In this document: in pieces, positions 23,917 to 32,000 of the stretch
How positions within the stretch are numbered: position 1 is the stretch's first letter
Layout: the number at the start of each line of letters is the position of its first letter
Source of the DNA: Candidatus Electronema aureum
Lineage (GTDB): Bacteria > Desulfobacterota > Desulfobulbia > Desulfobulbales > Desulfobulbaceae
Length of the DNA: 32,000 bases
Reading direction: 5' to 3'
NCBI GenBank assembly: GCA_004284765.1
Contig: NQJD01000009.1
Span: forward strand, 42,625 to 74,624
Made by a program: the position numbers and the translations under genes
Notes under the pieces: model-generated
What the model was told of the DNA's origin: nothing
The model's database searches: none
The model's input: the letters and a program-made list of their open reading frames with translations, nothing else

Positions 23917-24066
23917 TTTGTATCCGGCAAGATACACTTTGTTGATGGCGACGAAGCCGATTTTATTCACGCCTTGAACACGGTGGCCAGAGCAATGGGC
24001 ATGACGGAAATTGCCAAGAAAGCTGGGATCACCTGCGCAAAATCTCTCTTGAATTTTTCACTTTAA
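23917..24066 (+). pseudogene. remnant of a HigA-family 'addiction module antidote' HTH antitoxin
   Basis: A frame with no start codon reads FVSGKIHFVDGDEADFIHALNTVARAMGMTEIAKKAGITCAKSLLNFSL*. The core (..edGD...f..AL..vARa.GMt.iAk.aGi..) matches the centre of the ~100-aa antidote family. The N-terminus and the C-terminal RE.LYkaLs..GNP part are missing. Confidence 0.45.
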
Positions 24067-24082
24067 TCTAAAAGGAGCTATC

Positions 24083-26279
<2,197 letters not shown>

Positions 26280-26281
26280 GA

Positions 26282-26668
26282 TCAAAGCAGGGAAGTTAAC
26301 ACTTCGCAATGGCGGCAGATTTCCATTTTATCCTTGCCCTCTTGGCCAGAGGTGCATTCGCAGAGGGTGCCGTTGAGAAACCAGCAAAGGTGTCCGGCTT
26401 GAAACTCCCAAGCTGGACATTCCTTCTTGCAATTGCATTTCTTTAACGTCCAGCACTCCTTCCGTTTCGAGGTGTCATCACGGCGTTGATTAACCACTAA
26501 AAAGAGTAACTTGCGCTCGATATGCAAAGGCACGGCTCGCCAGCCTTGTTCGTAGCTTTGCACAGCCTTCAGAGACACGCCGAGCAGCTTGGAAAGGGAT
26601 TTCTGCGTTTTCTCGAGTTTCTTGCGATATAGGGTAAATTCTTCCGAGGTCATAATCTGCTGATTCAA
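26282..26668 (-). CDS. XRE-type HTH protein fused to a Cys-rich CW...CW ('two-CW'-like) domain
   Basis: 128 aa. The N-terminal half reads as an HTH (FTLYRKKLEKTQKSLSKLLGVSLKAVQSYEQGWRAVP). The C-terminal half, ECWTLKKCNCKKECPAWEFQAGHLCWFLNGTLCECTSG....ICRHC, contains 9 Cys and two CW dipeptides. Confidence 0.65.
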   Translation of the reverse strand: MNQQIMTSEEFTLYRKKLEKTQKSLSKLLGVSLKAVQSYEQGWRAVPLHIERKLLFLVVNQRRDDTSKRKECWTLKKCNCKKECPAWEFQAGHLCWFLNGTLCECTSGQEGKDKMEICRHCEVLTSLL

Positions 26669-26844
26669 GATGTGTTATTCTGCTGCTCCTCTCAAGGCCA
26701 GATTCAGTGAAAAAAAGAGCCTGCGGCGGCAGCCGGAAGACCAATAATACCACGCCGTGGGGATTTGTGCAAATTGAAAATGAACCTTTGGTAAAATCAG
26801 CTAAAGGCTACACCCCATCGCATCAAACAGAGCTTGAGCAGGCT

Positions 26845-27819
26845 TTAAAAAGAATAGCCCACGCTCAGGTAACCGGAAGTCTGCTTGCTTTCTGCTTCCA
26901 TATCGATTTTGCCTAATGCCTGATCGCCCAGCATTTGGTATTGCTCGCCTTCAACATCAATCCAAACATGATGGAGGCCAGCCTCCAGATACCACCACGG
27001 AGTAAGGTAATAAATACCTGAGAGATCAATCAGGCAAGCAAAACCGTCTAAATCGCCTTGAGTGGTTTTATTTCTCAGGAGCAGTAGGGTTTCGTCTTCT
27101 GCGCCGATCAGCGGGGCAACCGACAGATTACCGGTTAAACGCAGTTGGGGCGTAAGCTGATATTCCGAGCCAAGCAGGAGATACGGCATGGAATAGGTTA
27201 AATCATAAGTCACTGCGGTTCTATTGCCGCTGCTGTAGTTGTAGCCGGTCAACCCAGAAGGGGAATGCTGTACCGTTGATCCGCCCTTGTATGCAAACTT
27301 CTGATGTTGATAGCCCGCCCCAGCGTATGCGCTCCACAAACCCTGCTGCCAAAAAGTCCATTCTAAATCAATGTCTATGATCAGCGCATCGAGCGAGGAT
27401 ACATCACTGGCAGAATAGACATCCACTCGCTGCGGCATCGAGGAAGTGAGCCAGTCGCGGTCGATGATCGGTTCGTTCGGGTCGCTGAGATTGGTTTTCA
27501 CCGTGCCGTTGACGCGCCACGCTGGGTTAAACGTCCAGCCTGCATCTATCTTGGCTAACCAGATATCGAGCGGCCATTCAAGCGTACTGGCTGGAGAAAG
27601 TTCAGTAGTTCTGGTCCCGTTGGCAAGAACAGCATTGCCGCCGATGGAATACTTCGTGTCGCCGGTCATGGCTTCCAAGCCAAGAGCGAGGTCAAGTTGC
27701 TGGGGTAGGTACGATTGTGTGGCAGACGCAGCTTGGAGTTGCTGTGGCGCACAGAGCAGTCCTACTACTCCAAAACTGAGTCCAAAAATCACCGTGTTGC
27801 CGCTGTTTGATCGTTTCAT
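26845..27819 (-). CDS. omptin-family outer membrane protein (protease-like beta-barrel)
   Basis: 324 aa with a signal peptide ending ..LQA|ASA and a C-terminal ..YLSVGYSF. By eye it aligns to E. coli OmpT as I recall that sequence: IIDRDWLTSSMP vs MVDQDWMDSSNP, AGAGYQHQKFAYKGG vs LMAGYQESRYSFTARGG, and SMPYLLLGSEY vs KMPYIGLTGSY. Confidence 0.65.
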   Translation of the reverse strand: MKRSNSGNTVIFGLSFGVVGLLCAPQQLQAASATQSYLPQQLDLALGLEAMTGDTKYSIGGNAVLANGTRTTELSPASTLEWPLDIWLAKIDAGWTFNPAWRVNGTVKTNLSDPNEPIIDRDWLTSSMPQRVDVYSASDVSSLDALIIDIDLEWTFWQQGLWSAYAGAGYQHQKFAYKGGSTVQHSPSGLTGYNYSSGNRTAVTYDLTYSMPYLLLGSEYQLTPQLRLTGNLSVAPLIGAEDETLLLLRNKTTQGDLDGFACLIDLSGIYYLTPWWYLEAGLHHVWIDVEGEQYQMLGDQALGKIDMEAESKQTSGYLSVGYSF

Positions 27820-28113
27820 CTGCTCCTCCTTGCATCATTGAAGCAGCTGTCCGCATAGAGATGGAGCTGCTGGATTATCAAGCCGTTGAAGATATCTATC
27901 CGTTTTCCTTCAGACAGTAAGAATATCCCCTTGAGGCAATCGTACACCATAGATAGAAATAACTCAACCTTTCGCACGACGGGAACAGAACGACGGCGGA
28001 GTCTGTACGGTGAGGATGCTTTTGAATTGACATGCTTTCCGCAGAATGGTAATCCATGCCAGATGAATCTGGCGCAGACGGAGGAGCGGCGAAAAATTAC
28101 AGGGAGATTGACC

Positions 28114-28743
28114 ATGCGAGTTCTCAAACATCTTTTTGAACAGAACAAAAAATGGGCAGCAGAAATCAAGGAGCAACACCCTGATTTCTTCCTCAAACTT
28201 GCCAAACAACAGAGTCCTGAATATTTATGGATCGGCTGTTCAGATAGCCGAGTGCCAGCAAATCAAATCATAGGGTTGTTGCCGGGAGAAATCTTTGTTC
28301 ATCGCAACATCGCTAATTTAGTTGTGCATACCGATTTGAACTGCCTTTCCGTTATTCAATATGCGGTTGATGTGTTGAAAATAAAACATATCATTGTTTG
28401 TGGACATTACGGCTGTGGCGGGATTAAGGCGGCGTGGGAAAACAAAGAACACGGCCTGATTGACAACTGGTTGCTCAATATTAAGGATATTTATCGCTAT
28501 CACCAAGAAACAATAGATGCACTGAACAACGAAGCAGAAAAAATTAGCCTGCTTTGCGAGTTAAACGTAGCTGAACAAGTTGCCAATGTTTGTCACACCA
28601 CCATTGTGCAGAATGCTTGGAAAAATGGCCAAGAGTTAGCTGTGCATGGCTGGATTTACAGCATCGAAGACGGTATTCTTCGCGATTTGGATGTCTGCGT
28701 CACTAATGCGGATGAATTGCCGCACACGCACAAAATGCAATGA
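28114..28743 (+). CDS. can: beta-class carbonic anhydrase
   Basis: [11 protein letters not shown]...[19 protein letters not shown].....[11 protein letters not shown]...VCGHYGCGG carries the Cys/Asp-Arg/His/Cys zinc-site motifs. ATG 28114 with an AGGGAG SD gives ~209 aa, the usual size. The 5' part of track ORF 27886.. is treated as non-coding. Confidence 0.9.
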   Translation: MRVLKHLFEQNKKWAAEIKEQHPDFFLKLAKQQSPEYLWIGCSDSRVPANQIIGLLPGEIFVHRNIANLVVHTDLNCLSVIQYAVDVLKIKHIIVCGHYGCGGIKAAWENKEHGLIDNWLLNIKDIYRYHQETIDALNNEAEKISLLCELNVAEQVANVCHTTIVQNAWKNGQELAVHGWIYSIEDGILRDLDVCVTNADELPHTHKMQ

Positions 28744-30236
28744 TTTCAGAACACGAAAATCTTCCTGTCCAAGCTGTTCTTGCCTTCTTTCCTGACGGTC
28801 TTTTAGACAAACTGGCCGCCGTTCGTCGCGAAGTAGGTGGCGAAATTTATCTTGTCGGCGGCGCGGTGCGCGATCTGCTCTTGGGCAAGTCGCCCGGCGA
28901 CCTTGATCTTTTAGTTGCCGGGCAGCCGAAACGCTGGTCCGAGCGACTGCGGCAGCTCACTGGCGGGGCCTGCGTCGAGCTGGGCCGCGAAGAGGAGACC
29001 TTCCGCATTGTCACGCCTCAGAATGTGGTGATTGATTTTTCCAGCTTCCGTTTAGGCGCGGTTTGCATCGAAGAAGACTTGAGCCGCCGCGATTTGACCG
29101 TCAACGCTCTGGCTGCGCCGCTGCATGATTTCCTGTATGACCAAAGCCTTGCCGCTCTGCCGGTGCTTGATCCAACTGGCGGTTTGAACGATCTGGAGCA
29201 AGGCCGCATTCGGGTGGTGGCGGAGCAGAGCCTCATTGATGATCCCTTGCGCTTGCTGCGGGTTTTCCGTTTTGCGGCCTCCCTTGGCTTTGCCATCGAG
29301 CCGGAGACATTGGAACACGTTCGTCAGCATTGCCCGTTGATCAACAAAGTGTCGAAAGAGCGCGTTGCCTATGAATTAGACGCAATCATGGCCACAAACA
29401 GGGCGCATTCCGCCTTTTTTGGTCTGCGCAACTGCGGTTTGCTTTGGGAAATTCTGCCGGAACTGCGGGCCGGAGTCGGTATGGCACAACCTGCCAGCCA
29501 TCATCTCGATGTCTTCGAGCATTGTTTAGAAACTCTGCGTCAGATGGAGTTGATATTAGCTGATTTGAATAGGCATTTTTCCGACCGCAGCCCTGTAATG
29601 GCAGCGTATTTGGCCGAAGTACCGAAACGGACAGTGCAGGTGAAATGGGCGGCTCTGCTTCATGATATCGGCAAGCCTGTTTGTTTTGGCATCAATGCGG
29701 AAAAAGACGGGCGAATCACGTTTCATAATCACGACTTGCGTGGAGCCAGTCTTTTCACTGGAATTTCTCGACAATTGCGCCGCTCAAAGGAAGACACCGA
29801 GGCAACGGCCCGGCTCATTGCGTGGCACATGCGGCCTTTTTTTCTTGCCAATGATCAGCGGCAAGATAAGCTGACTTTGAAAGCCTGTCTGCGTCTGATC
29901 AAGACAGTGGGTGAGCATCTGCCCGGCCTTTTTCTGCTGGCGATGGCTGATGCCTTGGCTGGCAAGGGTGAGGCCAGCCCGGAAGCGATTGAGCAGGAGG
30001 TTTCCGGTCTTTTTACCCTGTTATTTGACATTGAACGCAATCATGTCGCGCCAGTGCAGGCCGCGCCGCCGCTGATCACTGGAAACGATTTGATCACTGA
30101 GCTGAACCTTGTTCCCGGCCCGCTCTTCCGTATCATTTTGGACAAAATCGAAGAGGCGCAGATGGAACGCGCTGTCAGCAGCCGGGAAGAAGCATTGGCG
30201 TTGGCGAAGGCTGTTGCCGCGAAGCCTGCTTGCTGA
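28740..30236 (+). CDS. cca: CCA-adding tRNA nucleotidyltransferase / poly(A) polymerase family protein with HD domain
   Basis: 498 aa. Pol-beta NTase motif [24 protein letters not shown] and [12 protein letters not shown] domain ..HHLDVFEH.. and [12 protein letters not shown] overlap with can. Confidence 0.85.
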   Translation: MISEHENLPVQAVLAFFPDGLLDKLAAVRREVGGEIYLVGGAVRDLLLGKSPGDLDLLVAGQPKRWSERLRQLTGGACVELGREEETFRIVTPQNVVIDFSSFRLGAVCIEEDLSRRDLTVNALAAPLHDFLYDQSLAALPVLDPTGGLNDLEQGRIRVVAEQSLIDDPLRLLRVFRFAASLGFAIEPETLEHVRQHCPLINKVSKERVAYELDAIMATNRAHSAFFGLRNCGLLWEILPELRAGVGMAQPASHHLDVFEHCLETLRQMELILADLNRHFSDRSPVMAAYLAEVPKRTVQVKWAALLHDIGKPVCFGINAEKDGRITFHNHDLRGASLFTGISRQLRRSKEDTEATARLIAWHMRPFFLANDQRQDKLTLKACLRLIKTVGEHLPGLFLLAMADALAGKGEASPEAIEQEVSGLFTLLFDIERNHVAPVQAAPPLITGNDLITELNLVPGPLFRIILDKIEEAQMERAVSSREEALALAKAVAAKPAC

Positions 30237-30349
30237 CTTTGGTGTGGAAAGATCATGCCGAACTCCGCTGGATTTGTTATGATGTCCCATTTCCTGAAAG
30301 CTGGGGGATGAGACAGGAGAGCAGAGAGATAATTTTGAAGGAGCGGAAA

Positions 30350-31207
30350 ATGGGAAGCGATGTAAAAAAAGAAATTAATTCCGCAGGGTATCCAAAATAC
30401 CACAGGCAACGTTTCATCATAACCTTGCTACAGTATTTGAACAGCAGTCTGAGTTGGGAAGAATTTCAAAAAATTCTCTTTTTATCTCAGCAGGAGACTG
30501 AAATTTTTTATTATGATTTTGTTTTATCCAGCAATGAATTTTATTCATTTCAGGCGGTCAGTGATATTGAGACATTGCATCGCTTAGGCTGGATAGACAT
30601 AAAAAACAACAAGATAGTATTGTTATATAAATTGCCATCTGAAAAAGGTCTGTCGCAGGCGGAGACGCAAAAACTTTTTCGTTTTACACGAGAAAAAGAA
30701 AAGAAATACTTTAAAGAGCAGCTTCTTTTTTCAAATCATGCAAAACCGTGCGAAGAAGATTTCCTTTGCGACGAATCTGTCCTATTTACAATAGGATATG
30801 AAGGGATTTCTTTTGAAGAATATATCAACCAGCTCTTGAGGAAAAATGTCCGCCTGCTTTGTGATGTCAGAATGAACCCAATCAGCAGAAAGTTTGGTTT
30901 CTCAAAAGGAATTTTGTCTGAAGTGTTGCCAAAATTTGGAATAAAGTATCTTCATATACCAGAATTAGGAATCATCTCCAGCAGCAGAAAAGAACTTCAT
31001 GCCGCATCTGATTATCAATACCTTTTTGAAAACTACAAAAAAGAATTAAAGAAGAAAAATAAATTTCTATCTATAGTTAGAGATGCTCTTGCAGAATACA
31101 AAAAAATAGCCCTGACATGTTTTGAACATCAGCCGTTATTTTGTCATCGTCACTGCATCAGTGATTATATCCAAAAAGAAAGAAATGTCACTGTGATCCA
31201 TTTATGA
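30350..31207 (+). CDS. DUF488-domain protein with an unrecognised ~145-aa N-terminal domain
   Basis: ATG 30350 with a GAAGGAG SD. The C-terminal half (from nt ~30778) reads LFTIGYEGISFEEYINQLLRKNVRLLCDVRMNPISRKFGFSKGILSEVLPKFGIKYLHIPELG...ALTCFEHQPLFCHRHCISDY, the DUF488 (YeaO-like) pattern. AT-rich. Confidence 0.7.
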   Translation: MGSDVKKEINSAGYPKYHRQRFIITLLQYLNSSLSWEEFQKILFLSQQETEIFYYDFVLSSNEFYSFQAVSDIETLHRLGWIDIKNNKIVLLYKLPSEKGLSQAETQKLFRFTREKEKKYFKEQLLFSNHAKPCEEDFLCDESVLFTIGYEGISFEEYINQLLRKNVRLLCDVRMNPISRKFGFSKGILSEVLPKFGIKYLHIPELGIISSSRKELHAASDYQYLFENYKKELKKKNKFLSIVRDALAEYKKIALTCFEHQPLFCHRHCISDYIQKERNVTVIHL

Positions 31208-31878
31208 AAAGAAAAGTTTTCATCACCGTCAAGACGTATCCAACGTTATCAAAAAAGTATGATGAGCTTGTCTGCACTGCGGGAATCTTGGATGACGGGA
31301 GCTGGGTGAGGATATATCCATTGCCATTCAGAAAACTTGATTACGAAAAAAGGTATAAAAAATATCAGTGGATAGAATTTGAACTTGAGAAAAATACCAG
31401 CGACATGCGGCCTGAAACGTACAGAGTCGTCAACTGCGCAACAATCAAGACAATTGATGATCCTATAGGAACAGAGAATTATTGGCGAAAACGAAAAGAA
31501 ATTATATTTCAGAGGAATAAAATATATAAAAATTTATCAGAGTTGATTGATTTGGCGCATGAGAATAAACTTTCTCTTGCGGTTTTCAAGCCAAAACACC
31601 TGATCTCTTTTCATGTTGAGGCAACTGAACGGGAATGGTCCTCGGATAAACTTGCTCTTTTACAGGGAAAGGTTCAGCAGCTTTCTTTTTTTCAGACGCA
31701 GGAAGAACTGCGGAAAGAATTTTCTGTTGTGGACAAGCTGCCATACAAGTTTTTTTATAAATTCAGCGATGAGGAAGGGAAAGAATCTCGACTGATGATC
31801 GAAGATTGGGAGATTGGCGCACTCTATTGGAATTGCCTCAAAAAAGAGAAAGGAAACGAGCAGGCCGCCCTTGGGTAA
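31204..31878 (+). CDS. hypothetical protein, translationally coupled to the DUF488 gene; probably 3'-truncated by an IS
   Basis: 224 aa. ATGA overlap with the upstream stop. MKRKVFITVKTYPTLSKKYDELVCTAGILDDGSWVRIYPLPFRKL... No family recognised. The stop TAA (31876-31878) lies inside the putative IS1 terminal repeat GGTAAT... Confidence 0.55.
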   Translation: MKRKVFITVKTYPTLSKKYDELVCTAGILDDGSWVRIYPLPFRKLDYEKRYKKYQWIEFELEKNTSDMRPETYRVVNCATIKTIDDPIGTENYWRKRKEIIFQRNKIYKNLSELIDLAHENKLSLAVFKPKHLISFHVEATEREWSSDKLALLQGKVQQLSFFQTQEELRKEFSVVDKLPYKFFYKFSDEEGKESRLMIEDWEIGALYWNCLKKEKGNEQAALG

Positions 31879-32000
31879 TAGAGATCTGTGAGTGATCAAT
31901 GAAATAAAATACAATCGTTGTAGTGATTAATAAATCTCCAAACAGATGCAGTTAAGTTTTCAATGCTTCTCGAAAACGACAATGTCTTCCTGACTAATGC
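31874..32000 (-). mobile_element. end of an IS1-family insertion sequence (transposase C-terminus, partial)
   Basis: Minus-strand translation of 32000..31896 gives ALVRKTLSFSRSIENLTASVWRFINHYNDCILFH*. This parallels the E. coli IS1 InsB C-terminus as I recall it (..[29 protein letters not shown]). The sequence from 31874 starts GGTAAT, like the IS1 right inverted repeat. The exact boundary is uncertain. Confidence 0.65.

Noticed and set aside
28027-28055. Sigma70-like promoter upstream of can (TTGACA-17-TAATCC with an upstream TG)
   Set aside because: The -35 is perfect, but the -10 hexamer matches only 2 of 6 positions and lacks the invariant final T. That is too weak to report as a feature.
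27886-28113. N-terminal 76-aa extension of the carbonic anhydrase ORF (similar cases: 19068-19124 for ychF, 30230-30349 for the DUF488 gene, 6006-6029 for the radical-SAM gene)
   Set aside because: Internal ATGs with good SD sequences give N-termini and lengths that match the respective families. The extensions have no family resemblance.

Overview
GC-rich chromosomal window, mostly housekeeping genes. Gene content (CooT/CooC-like Ni chaperones, YgiQ and DUF4080 radical-SAM proteins, a Cys-rich 'two-CW'-like regulator) suggests a Desulfobacterota/deltaproteobacterial-type genome; this is inference only. Recognisable genes are kdsD, a yhdH/acuI-like reductase, birA, dnaN, minCDE, folC, waaF, ygiQ, ychF, pbpC, ligA, can and cca. 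I saw no rRNA, tRNA or CRISPR array. Six things stand out. (1) A very AT-rich gene (2466-3767) encodes an N-terminal TIR domain, one TM helix and a TPR-like C-terminal domain, and is wedged with 13- and 18-nt spacers into the dnaN-birA...yhdH-kdsD gene string. (2) A second AT-rich island at the right edge (30350-31878) holds a translationally coupled pair, a DUF488 fusion protein plus an unrecognised protein. The second ORF seems to take its stop codon from the terminal repeat of an IS1-family element, whose transposase C-terminus occupies 31896-32000. (3) A dense cluster of DnaA-box-like 9-mers and three phased 11-mers lies directly upstream of dnaN, with no dnaA gene beside it; this is a candidate oriC. 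(4) A non-coding array of exactly six 23-bp tandem units is bracketed by two copies of a perfect GAGGCATACGTATGCCTC palindrome (18709-18890). (5) An XRE-HTH is fused to a nine-cysteine CW...CW domain. (6) An omptin-family OMP may have an altered catalytic dyad. All family assignments come from motif reading by eye, not from searches.
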